A program made the translations under genes and the position numbers. Below the pieces are notes generated by a model. That model was not told where the DNA came from, searched no databases, and saw only the letters and a list, made by a program, of their open reading frames with translations. Source: an uncultured Eubacteriales bacterium (GTDB lineage Bacteria > Acidobacteriota > Aminicenantia > Aminicenantales > UBA8522). Taken from it: a stretch of DNA of 42,929 nt. Positions 26,418 through 34,352 of the stretch are shown piece by piece (position 1 is the first letter of the stretch; each line of letters starts with the position of its first letter). Where the stretch lies: positions 1 through 42,929 of the forward strand of contig CAZKEW010000002.1 of assembly GCA_964551885.1 (NCBI GenBank), given 5' to 3'.

Positions 26418-26887
26418 GCCCTGAATACTCCGGCGAACTCCGCAAAAAGATCGACGAGGTCGTCGGCCGCTATCCCAAAAAAGAGGCGGCCCTGCTTCCG
26501 GTCCTCCATCTTGTGCAGAGAGAAGTCGGCTGCATCTCGGCTGAAGAAGAAAAATTCGTGGCTCAGATTCTGGGCCTGCGGCCTATGAAAATCAGAGAGG
26601 TGGTCACATTCTATACGATGTTCATACGCCGGCCTCTCGGCAAATACCATATTCAAGTCTGCTCCAATTTGACCTGCACACTGCTCGGCGCCGGGAAGCT
26701 CATCGATTATCTGAAGCAAAAATTGGGGATCGAGATAGGGGAGACCAGCCCCGACAAGAAGTTCACTCTCTCCGCCGTCGAATGCCTGGGGGCCTGTGAG
26801 CAGGCACCCTGCATGATGGTGAATTTTGATTATTACGGCCAATTGGATAAAAGCAAAATCGATCAAATTTTGGACAGTTTGACCTAA
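26414..26887 (+). CDS. nuoE: NADH-quinone oxidoreductase subunit E (24 kDa, [2Fe-2S])
   Basis: 157 aa counted from the GTG that overlaps the nuoD stop (GTGA). The cluster ligands are CSNLTC and CLGACEQAPC. Confidence 0.9.
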   Translation: MSPEYSGELRKKIDEVVGRYPKKEAALLPVLHLVQREVGCISAEEEKFVAQILGLRPMKIREVVTFYTMFIRRPLGKYHIQVCSNLTCTLLGAGKLIDYLKQKLGIEIGETSPDKKFTLSAVECLGACEQAPCMMVNFDYYGQLDKSKIDQILDSLT

Positions 26888-26891
26888 GAAA

Positions 26892-28139
26892 GTGGAAGAA
26901 AAAGTTTTGACGCAGAAATTCGACCTCGGGAGTCTCTTCGAGATCGGGGTCTATCTCCAGCAGGGCGGTTACAAAGCGGTGGAGAAGGCCCTGTTGGGAA
27001 TGAAACCTGCGGAAGTCATGGCTGAAGTCAAGAAGGCCAACCTCCGGGGAAGAGGAGGAGCGGGTTTTCCTGCCGGCGTCAAGTGGAGCTTCGTTCCCCA
27101 AAAAGTTGACAAGCCCAAATATCTCTGCGTCAACGCCGATGAGGGCGAGCCGGGCACATTCAAAGACCGCTACATCATGGGACATAATCCTCACCTTCTC
27201 CTGGAAGGAGTCATCATCGCTTCCTATGCCGTGGGAATTCATTCGGCTTTTATCTATATCCGGGGCGAGTACGAAGCCATTGCCCAGAGGCTCGAAAGCG
27301 CTATCGCCGAAGCTTATAAAAAAGGTTATCTTGGGAAAAATATCCTCGGCGCCAACTTCGACCTGGACGTCGTCGTCCATCGGGGAGCCGGGGCATATAT
27401 CTGCGGCGAAGAAACGGCGCTTCTTGAATCCCTGGAGGGGAAGAGAGGGCATCCCCGGCTGAAGCCTCCGTTTCCCGCTTCCATCGGGCTTTTCCAAAGC
27501 CCCACCGTGATCAACAACGTCGAGACTCTTTCCAACGTTCCTTTCATTATCTTGAACGGCGCAGACTGGTTCTTGAAGAAAGGCCTTCCCAAAGACGGAG
27601 GGACAAGGATTTTCGGCGTCAGCGGGATAGTGAAAAAACCGGGCATTTATGAGTTGCCTCTTGGGACGAATCTGAAAAAGATTATCTTCGAGCACGCCGG
27701 CGGTATGAAAGAAGGAAAGCAACTCAAGGCCGTTATCCCCGGCGGGATGTCGGCGCCGATCTTGAAAGCCGATGAGATCGACCTCCCGATGGATTTTGAT
27801 TCTCTCGTCGACGCCGACTCTATGCTCGGCTCAGCGGCTATTATCGTCATTGACGAGGAGACATCGATTCTCGAGGTTTTGAAGGCAGTGGCCAAATTTT
27901 ATTCTCACGAGTCGTGCGGCCAGTGCACGCCCTGCCGGATCGGGACCTCCTGGATCAATAAAATTGTGAAGCGAATCGGGCGCGGTGAAGGTGAGAAGGA
28001 CGATATTGACGCCATCATCCGCCTGGCTGCGAATATCAAGGGCAAAACGCTCTGTCCGCTCGGCGATGCGGCGGCCCTGCCCATCCTTTCGATCTGCCAA
28101 AAATTCAGAGGAGAACTGGAGGGATATCTTCCCCGCTAA
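26892..28139 (+). CDS. nuoF: NADH-quinone oxidoreductase subunit F (51 kDa, FMN/NADH site)
   Basis: 415 aa with GRGGAGFPAGVKWSF, CVNADEGEPGTFKDR and the N3 cluster motif ESCGQCTPCR...CPLGDAA. Confidence 0.95.
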   Translation: MEEKVLTQKFDLGSLFEIGVYLQQGGYKAVEKALLGMKPAEVMAEVKKANLRGRGGAGFPAGVKWSFVPQKVDKPKYLCVNADEGEPGTFKDRYIMGHNPHLLLEGVIIASYAVGIHSAFIYIRGEYEAIAQRLESAIAEAYKKGYLGKNILGANFDLDVVVHRGAGAYICGEETALLESLEGKRGHPRLKPPFPASIGLFQSPTVINNVETLSNVPFIILNGADWFLKKGLPKDGGTRIFGVSGIVKKPGIYELPLGTNLKKIIFEHAGGMKEGKQLKAVIPGGMSAPILKADEIDLPMDFDSLVDADSMLGSAAIIVIDEETSILEVLKAVAKFYSHESCGQCTPCRIGTSWINKIVKRIGRGEGEKDDIDAIIRLAANIKGKTLCPLGDAAALPILSICQKFRGELEGYLPR

Positions 28140-28159
28140 ACGAGGGAGACGCTAAAGAA

Positions 28160-29710
28160 ATGGCCAAGATTTTTATTGATGACCAGGCCCTCGAAGTCGG
28201 CGACGGGTTGACCGTGCTGCGTGCGGCCGAAGGAGCCGGTATTCATATCCCCCATTTCTGCTATCACCCTGCCTTTGTGCCCGGGGGAAGCTGCCGGATG
28301 TGCCTCGTCGAGGTCGAAGAGCTTCCCAACCTGGAGCTGGCCTGTTCCACGGTTGTCAAGGAAGGGATGAAGGTTCAGACCAAGAGCGCCCAAGTGGTCG
28401 AGGCGAGGCGAGGAGTCCTGGAATTCTTGCTGGCCGAACATCCTTTGGATTGCCCCATATGCGACAAGGCCGGAGAGTGCAAGCTCCAGGATTATTTTGA
28501 AGAATACGGGCTGTTTGAAAGCCAGTTCAAGGAGCCCAAGGAGAAAAGGGAAAAGAAGATCACGATCAGCAAGAATTTGATCCTCGACCGGGAGAGGTGC
28601 ATCCTCTGCACGCGCTGCGTCCGGTTTTTAAACGAAATCACCAAGACGGAAGACGCCGGCGTCCTCAACCGCGGCATTCATTCCGAAATCAGCATTTATG
28701 ACTCGGACTTGATCGAAAACAATTACAGCGGCAACCTGGCCGAGCTCTGCCCGGTCGGCGCCATTACCGACGCGGATTTCCGGTTCAAGACGCGAGCTTG
28801 GTTCCTGGAGAAGAAGGAGTCCATCTGTCCGCTCTGCAGCCGGGGCTGCAATATCATCATCGACTCTCATCCCGGGTTCCCGCGGGTCAAAATGGCTCAA
28901 AGGGTCTATCGCGTCCGGGCCCGCCAGAACAAGGACGTCAACGCCCACTGGATTTGCGATTTCGGCCGCTACAGCTATTCCTACCTGGATGAGGCAAGGC
29001 AGGAAAAGCTTGTCATGAAAAAAGACGGCAGGGACATGGGGCTGAGCTGGGAAAAAACCCTGATCATGCTGGCCGAAAAAATAAAGGGGCTGATTTTCCG
29101 GAAAAAACTTTCCCGGATAGCGGTGGTCCTCAACACCTGGCTTTCCAACGAGGAGCTTTTCCTGGCCGATAAAATTTTCCGGAAAGAGCTTCATTTGGAG
29201 AATATTTTCGTCGTCGACCCGTCGCAGGGGAAAGGTGACGAATTTCTGCTTACCGATGAGCGGACGCCCAACAAGCGCGGATTGCAAGAGATCGGGTTGC
29301 CTGATTCGGCGCCTGACCTAAACATATGGGCTGAAAAAATAGACCTGCTCCTCATCTTCGGGTTTTTTCTTACCCAGCGGTTCAGCCTAACGGACCTCAA
29401 GAATGCTCTTGACAAGATCAGGACAAAAGTGCTCTTCGCTTCCCACAAGAGCAGCCTTGACTCTCTTGTGGATATCATCATCCCGACGCCCTTGATCGCC
29501 GAAAAGAGCGGCACGCTGACCAATGTCCAGGGGAAAGTCCAGGCTTTCTCGCCGGCCTTGGATTTCACGGGAGAAGGCCTTCCCGAATGGAGAGCGCTCC
29601 TGGATTTGGCCAAGGAATTAAAGGTCAATTATAAATATTTCTGGCAGCTCACTTCGCCGGAATTGGTCCGCCAAAACATGGGAAAGGAAATTCCTTTTTT
29701 TAATAAGTAG
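28160..29710 (+). CDS. nuoG: NADH-quinone oxidoreductase subunit G, short form (516 aa)
   Basis: It has an N-terminal [2Fe-2S] (CYHP...CRMCLVEV...C), HPLDCPICDKAGECKLQ and CILCTRCVRF clusters, and an extra CPLCSRGC motif. The molybdopterin-like C-terminal region is much reduced. Confidence 0.88.
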   Translation: MAKIFIDDQALEVGDGLTVLRAAEGAGIHIPHFCYHPAFVPGGSCRMCLVEVEELPNLELACSTVVKEGMKVQTKSAQVVEARRGVLEFLLAEHPLDCPICDKAGECKLQDYFEEYGLFESQFKEPKEKREKKITISKNLILDRERCILCTRCVRFLNEITKTEDAGVLNRGIHSEISIYDSDLIENNYSGNLAELCPVGAITDADFRFKTRAWFLEKKESICPLCSRGCNIIIDSHPGFPRVKMAQRVYRVRARQNKDVNAHWICDFGRYSYSYLDEARQEKLVMKKDGRDMGLSWEKTLIMLAEKIKGLIFRKKLSRIAVVLNTWLSNEELFLADKIFRKELHLENIFVVDPSQGKGDEFLLTDERTPNKRGLQEIGLPDSAPDLNIWAEKIDLLLIFGFFLTQRFSLTDLKNALDKIRTKVLFASHKSSLDSLVDIIIPTPLIAEKSGTLTNVQGKVQAFSPALDFTGEGLPEWRALLDLAKELKVNYKYFWQLTSPELVRQNMGKEIPFFNK

Positions 29711-29716
29711 AGAACG

Positions 29717-30793
29717 ATGGATTTCTTGATTGTGGTGATCAAAATTGTCTTCGCCCTGGTCTGGTTTCTCGTCTTGACTCTTTACCTCACCTGGCTTGAG
29801 AGGAAGGAAAGCGCGGTCATCCAGGACAGGATAGGAGCAAACAGAGCCAACATCTTCGGCCTCCGGCTCATCGGCCTCTTCCAGCCGTTCGCCGATGCCA
29901 TCAAGATGATCTTCAAGGAAGATTTCGTGCCCGCTTTTGCCAATAAATTCCTCCACACGCTGGCGCCTTTCCTCTCCTTCTTTTTTGTGGCCATCACCGT
30001 CTCCGCCATCCCATTCGGCGATAAGCTGATTATAGGCGGGAGAAGCATAAACTTGCAGGTTCTGGACATGAATGCCGGGCTCCTGTTTATCTTGGCCATG
30101 CTCTCGCTCGGAATTTACGGCATCATCCTCAGCGGCTGGGCCTCACGCAACAGGTTCACTCTTCTCGGGGGCATCAGAGGAGCCGCCCAGCTCATCTCTT
30201 ATGAAGTAGCTTTAGGTCTCTCGCTTATCGGGTTGATCATGGTCTATCCTTCGCTGCGGCTTCAGGAGATCGTCTACTTCCAGGGCCAGAATCTCTTCGG
30301 CTGGCTGCCTCAATGGGGCGTGCTGCTCCAGCCCTTGGGGTTTATCGTCTTCTTCTTTGCCGCCCTGGCCGAGACAAAAAGAGTTCCCTTCGACCTGCCG
30401 GAAGGAGAGTCGGAGATCATCGGCTTCTTTACCGAGTACGGCGGCCTCAAATGGGGCCTTTTCATGATGACGGATTTTATGGAGATCATCATCGTCTCCT
30501 GCCTCGCGACGACTCTTTTTTTCGGCGGCTGGCAAGTCCCCTGGATGGCTGCTGACGGGTTCCACTTCCCCTGGGGCGGCACATGGCTCCTTCCTCATGG
30601 AATCGTGGTCTTGTTCCAGGTTCTCGCTTTTAACGTGAAAGTCATCTTTTTCTGCTGGCTCCAAATTCTCATCCGCTGGACCTACCCCCGCTACCGGTAT
30701 GACCAGCTGATGAATCTGGGATGGAAAGTCCTCATCCCGTTGAGCCTGCTCAATATTGTCGGGACCGGCATCGTGATAGGAATTCTCGAATGA
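29717..30793 (+). CDS. nuoH: NADH-quinone oxidoreductase subunit H
   Basis: 358 aa polytopic protein with TWLERKESAVIQDRIGANRA and ETKRVPFDLPEGESEIIGFFTEYGG signatures. Confidence 0.95.
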   Translation: MDFLIVVIKIVFALVWFLVLTLYLTWLERKESAVIQDRIGANRANIFGLRLIGLFQPFADAIKMIFKEDFVPAFANKFLHTLAPFLSFFFVAITVSAIPFGDKLIIGGRSINLQVLDMNAGLLFILAMLSLGIYGIILSGWASRNRFTLLGGIRGAAQLISYEVALGLSLIGLIMVYPSLRLQEIVYFQGQNLFGWLPQWGVLLQPLGFIVFFFAALAETKRVPFDLPEGESEIIGFFTEYGGLKWGLFMMTDFMEIIIVSCLATTLFFGGWQVPWMAADGFHFPWGGTWLLPHGIVVLFQVLAFNVKVIFFCWLQILIRWTYPRYRYDQLMNLGWKVLIPLSLLNIVGTGIVIGILE

Positions 30794-31263
30794 TAGACGC
30801 GTTGGGCTATTTTATCGAGATCATCAAAGGCGGTTTCATCACGGCCCGCCATTTCTGCGTCAATATGGTCTATCATATCCTCAAAGTTCTCGGCATCAAG
30901 ACGAAGAGAAAAGGAGCCGTGACCATCCAGTACCCCGAACAGAAGAAAGAAATCGCGCGGCGGCACCGGAGCCTTCACAGGCTTATGAAGAGAGAAGACG
31001 GCAAACCGCGCTGCGTCTCCTGCATGCTCTGTGTGACTGTTTGCCCGTCCGAATGCATTCATGTCGAGGCTTCCGAGGATCCCGACCCCGAAATTCAGAA
31101 GGTGCCCGCCACGTTCACCATCGACCTGAGCCGCTGCTGTTTCTGCGGTTTCTGTGTGGAAGCCTGTCCGGAAGACGCCATCCGCATGGACACCTCAAAG
31201 ATCGAGGTTGCCGAGTACGCGCGGCCGGACATGATTTATGATTTAACTAAGCTCCTGGGATGA
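30790..31263 (+). CDS. nuoI: NADH-quinone oxidoreductase subunit I (2x[4Fe-4S])
   Basis: 157 aa counted from the ATG that overlaps the nuoH stop (ATGA). The ferredoxin motifs are CVSCMLCVTVCP and CCFCGFCVEACP. Confidence 0.92.
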   Translation: MIDALGYFIEIIKGGFITARHFCVNMVYHILKVLGIKTKRKGAVTIQYPEQKKEIARRHRSLHRLMKREDGKPRCVSCMLCVTVCPSECIHVEASEDPDPEIQKVPATFTIDLSRCCFCGFCVEACPEDAIRMDTSKIEVAEYARPDMIYDLTKLLG

Positions 31264-32153
31264 TTATCGATAAATTCCGGCTGGGGGATTTTGATATCTA
31301 TGGCCTCACCGATGGGTATTTTTACCTCGACGGCGGGGCCATGTTCGGCGTCGTGCCCAAGACTCTCTGGGAAAAGAAGTGTCCGGCGGACGCAAAGAAC
31401 AGGATTAAGCTCGCCCTCAACTCCATCTTGATCAAGACTCCCCAGACGCTCGTTCTCGTGGAGACGGGCATCGGGACGAAACTCAACCAGAAGTTTCGAG
31501 GGATTTACTGCGTCGAGAAGGATCCTGGTCTTCTGTCTTCTCTTTCCCGCTTAGGTTTTTGCCCCAACGATATCGACTTCGTCATCAATACGCATCTTCA
31601 TTTCGACCATTGCGGAGGCAATACCTTCAGGAATGAAAACGGTGAGGTCGTCCCTACATTTCCCCGCGCCCGCTATATCATCCAGAAGGGCGAGTGGGAA
31701 TGGGCCAAGCAGCCCAACGAAAGAGAAAAATCCAGCTATCTTAGGGAGAATTTTTTGCCGTTAGAGGATTACGGCCTCGTCAACCTTGTTGATGGAGATA
31801 GCCAGGTCACAGAGGGAGTCGAGGCCGTCCTTTCGCCAGGCCATACCCTTTGCCACCAGAGCGTCAAAGTCTCTTCCCAAGGGAAGATGCTCTTCTATCT
31901 GGGAGACTTGGTGCCGACTTCAGCGCACATCAGCCTCTCTTACATCATGAGCTACGACCTCTTTCCGCTGGAGACTCTGGAAAGCAAGAAGAAATTCTAC
32001 GAACAGGCCATAGAGGAAGACTGGGTTTTGGCTTTTGTCCATGACCCTCATTACTATTTCGGAAAGATCGGAAAAAAGAACAACAAGTATGAATTCGTGC
32101 CCCTACTTTCAGGGGACGGTTCTCCGGGAGAGCCGTCCCCATTAAGCATTTGA
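31260..32153 (+). CDS. MBL-fold metallo-hydrolase (AiiA/lactonase-like HLHFDHCGG family)
   Basis: 297 aa with the HxHxDH motif THLHFDHCGGN, a downstream SPGHT, and GD/HD ligand contexts. Its ATG overlaps the nuoI stop (ATGA). The last ~14 codons are read through a REP-like hairpin. Confidence 0.85.
   Translation: MIIDKFRLGDFDIYGLTDGYFYLDGGAMFGVVPKTLWEKKCPADAKNRIKLALNSILIKTPQTLVLVETGIGTKLNQKFRGIYCVEKDPGLLSSLSRLGFCPNDIDFVINTHLHFDHCGGNTFRNENGEVVPTFPRARYIIQKGEWEWAKQPNEREKSSYLRENFLPLEDYGLVNLVDGDSQVTEGVEAVLSPGHTLCHQSVKVSSQGKMLFYLGDLVPTSAHISLSYIMSYDLFPLETLESKKKFYEQAIEEDWVLAFVHDPHYYFGKIGKKNNKYEFVPLLSGDGSPGEPSPLSI
32112..32140. repeat. REP-like hairpin GGGGACGGTTCTC-CGG-GAGAGCCGTCCCC (copy 3 of 3), inside the 3' end of the MBL gene
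   Basis: It has the same stem as 98..126 and 20460..20488 with one A>G change that gives a T.G pair. It is translated as ...GDGSPGEPSP.... Confidence 0.7.
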
Positions 32154-32355
32154 CGATCGGCGTATATGCCCGCGGCTTGCTGCGGGGAACCGATCGTCGG
32201 GAGATCCAAGGGGGTATGACCCCTTGGTCGTAGGGCGTGGGTCCATGCCCCGCCCGAGAAGGGGAGGCGGGGAGCGAAGCGACCGATGGAAGGGGGAAAG
32301 CGAAGCTGTTCCCCGGAAGCATCCTATTTTCCGTGATAGTCAGAGAAATCTTTTT

Positions 32356-32542
32356 GAGCACGGGTCCTGTCACGGTGCGTCCCCGTCCGACCTTTCCGGA
32401 GACACTAACCGACTTTGAGGCCCCCCTTGATTGCTCAAGGGGGGTAGGGGGAATTAATACCGTAAAATCAAAGTCTTTGATAGTGTCTCCGCGGTTTGTT
32501 CGCTGCGGGCGGGCGGGGACTATCGCCGTGCCACCCGTGCTC
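32356..32542 (-). mobile_element. MITE-like palindromic element, copy B (core 32362..32536, 175 bp), inverted relative to copy A
   Basis: The reverse complement of copy A aligns end to end. Shared blocks are GGGTCCTGTCACGG.GCGTCCCCGTCCG, GGAGACAC, CCCCCCTTGATTGCTCAAGGGGGGTAGGGG, GTGTCTCCG and TCGCTGCGGGCGG.CGGGGAC...GCCGTGCCACCC. Copy B lacks about 28 nt that copy A has. Confidence 0.65.
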
Positions 32543-32581
32543 ATCAAGGAATTTGGGATGCTACCCTGTTCTCCCTCCAAG

Positions 32582-32609
32582 TTGACTTTGCCCCAAAATA
32601 AAATATAAT
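32582..32609 (+). promoter_or_regulatory. Near-consensus sigma70 promoter TTGACT-16-TATAAT for the malic enzyme gene
   Basis: The -35 is at 32582..32587 and the -10 at 32604..32609. An AAGGAGG RBS at 32627..32633 precedes the ATG at 32642. Confidence 0.55.
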
Positions 32610-32641
32610 TACACTTTATAAAATAAAGGAGGTAACTGAAA

Positions 32642-33988
32642 ATGAAAGTTACAGTGGAAGAGTTGTTGGCCAAGGCTGAACAACCCTCCAAGGATGCTAT
32701 GCGGCTTCATCCATTTTACCGCGGGAAAATCGAGGTCACCCCCAAGTGCCGGATCAGAGATTTCAATGATTTCGCCATCTGGTACACGCCCGGCGTGGCT
32801 GCGCCCTGCCGAGAAATCCAAAAAGACAGGGAAAAAGCTTATGAGATGACCAACAAATGGAATTTTGTCGCCGTGGTCTCTGACGGCTCAAGGGTTTTAG
32901 GCCTGGGGGATATCGGCCCTGAGGCCGGTCTTCCTGTCATGGAGGGAAAAGCCCTCCTCTACAAATATCTGGGCGGAGTGGACGCCTTCCCGATCTGCTT
33001 GAATACCAAGGATGCGGAGCAGATCATTCAGGCCGTCAAATGGATCCAGCCGACGTTTGGCGGGATCAATCTCGAGGATATCGCTCATCCCAAATGCTTT
33101 CATATCCTTGATACATTAAGAAAGGAATGCGAGATCCCGGTTTGGCATGATGACCAGCAGGGGACAGCCTGCGTGACCCTGGCCGGCCTTTACAACGCCG
33201 TCAAGATCGTCGACAAGAAGATGTCGGATATCAGGGTGGCTCTTGTCGGCGCCGGCGCGGCGAATATCGCCATTGCCCGGCTGCTCATCACGGCAGGTGT
33301 GACGGCGGGAAATATCGTTGCCGTTGATTCTCGAGGGATCCTGCACAAAGACAGGGGAGACCGGGAAACCCTGCAGACGAAATACAAGGAAAAATGGCAT
33401 CTGTGCCTGACCACCAACTCCGAAGGCCTTAAGGGTGACATCCCCGAGGCCATGAGAGGCGCTGATGTGCTCATCTCAGCTTCAAAGCCGGGACCGGGGG
33501 TTATCAAGAAAGAGTGGGTCGCGAGCATGGCCAAGGATTCTATCGTCTTCGCCGAGGCCAACCCTGTCCCAGAGATTTGGCCCTGGGAAGCCAAGGAGGC
33601 GGGAGCCCGGGTTGTCGCCACCGGCCGCTCCGATTTTGCCAATCAGGTCAACAACTCCCTGGGATTTCCCGGCATTTTCAGAGGGGCACTGGATATCAGG
33701 GCTATTTCCATCACCGATGAAATGTGCATCGAAGCTGCCAAAGAGCTGGCCAAGATCGCGGAGGATAAGGGCCTGAGCGAAGAATACATCATCCCCAACA
33801 TGGACCAGTGGGAAGTCTTCCCGAGAGAAGCGGTTGCCGTCGGGACAAAAGGCATCGAACAGGGCGTTGCCAGAAAGAAGATCCCGGCCGACGAGAGGTT
33901 CAAAATGGCCGAAGCGACTATCCGGAGAGCCAGGGATGAGGTTAAAATGATGATGAAAGAGAAGTTCATCATCGACCCCGACGAATAG
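32642..33988 (+). CDS. NAD(P)-dependent malic enzyme (short, no PTA-like domain)
   Basis: 448 aa with [38 protein letters not shown], the NAD(P) motif [12 protein letters not shown] and [15 protein letters not shown]. Confidence 0.93.
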   Translation: MKVTVEELLAKAEQPSKDAMRLHPFYRGKIEVTPKCRIRDFNDFAIWYTPGVAAPCREIQKDREKAYEMTNKWNFVAVVSDGSRVLGLGDIGPEAGLPVMEGKALLYKYLGGVDAFPICLNTKDAEQIIQAVKWIQPTFGGINLEDIAHPKCFHILDTLRKECEIPVWHDDQQGTACVTLAGLYNAVKIVDKKMSDIRVALVGAGAANIAIARLLITAGVTAGNIVAVDSRGILHKDRGDRETLQTKYKEKWHLCLTTNSEGLKGDIPEAMRGADVLISASKPGPGVIKKEWVASMAKDSIVFAEANPVPEIWPWEAKEAGARVVATGRSDFANQVNNSLGFPGIFRGALDIRAISITDEMCIEAAKELAKIAEDKGLSEEYIIPNMDQWEVFPREAVAVGTKGIEQGVARKKIPADERFKMAEATIRRARDEVKMMMKEKFIIDPDE

Positions 33989-34058
33989 CGGCCGAACGCT
34001 CACCCTTCGCTCTGCTGACGCTAAAAAAGCAGCGCCCCTCTCTAAGGCCCTCTGGCTA

Positions 34059-34087
34059 TTGACTTTTAAGAGTTGCTGTGATATAGA
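34059..34087 (+). promoter_or_regulatory. Candidate promoter TTGACT-17-TATAGA, ~265 nt upstream of the lipoprotein/LDT cluster
   Basis: The -35 is at 34059..34064 and the -10 at 34082..34087. If used, it implies a long 5' leader. Confidence 0.3.
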
Positions 34088-34195
34088 TTTTACCATATTG
34101 AAGATGTGAATTTCGGGGTACGTGGAGGCGGAGGAAAGATTTTAATGAGCGCGTCAACGATGACGGCCTGGAGTGACGAAACAGTCCCGCCTTAG

Positions 34196-34222
34196 TTGAG
34201 ATTGCCTGAGATTTTCCTGAGA
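34196..34222 (+). promoter_or_regulatory. Three phased direct repeats (T/C)TGAGA at 34196, 34206 and 34217
   Basis: The sequence is TTGAGAttgcCTGAGAttttcCTGAGA. The 10-11 bp spacing is about one helical turn. The site lies ~130 nt upstream of the lipoprotein ATG. Confidence 0.3.
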
Positions 34223-34352
34223 CTCAGATAAAAAGTATTTTACCAGAATGAGTGCGTGTGGTCGGAAAAAAGGAGGTGAGAATAAGAAGAAAGGGAAACC
34301 AAGGAAAGCAGACTAGACAGAAAATAGTACTTATTGAAAGGAGGTTATTTAA

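Noticed and set aside
32152-32355. Whether the GC-rich structured stretch is RNase P RNA, SRP RNA, tmRNA or 6S RNA.
   Set aside because: The hallmark strings are absent. These include the RNase P GGAAAGTCCGGGC-type motif, the SRP GGTCCGGAAGGAAGCAGC-type motif and the tmRNA tRNA-like end and tag ORF. It is left as an unexplained finding and not called.
31945-32691. A 248-aa minus-strand ORF and a 123-aa plus-strand ORF (32237..32608) span the MBL / malic-enzyme spacer.
   Set aside because: Both run through the REP-like hairpin, the GC-rich hairpin nest and the MITE copy. They overlap real gene ends, have skewed Arg/Pro/Gly/Ser composition, and lack RBSs.
34088-34352. A c-di-AMP (ydaO-type) or other cell-wall-associated riboswitch in the leader of the lipoprotein/LDT cluster.
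   Set aside because: The conserved ydaO strings (GAGCGGGGGACCCA, GGGGTGAATC, CCGTCAGCTAACCTCGTAAGCG-like) are not present. No other riboswitch core was recognisable by eye.
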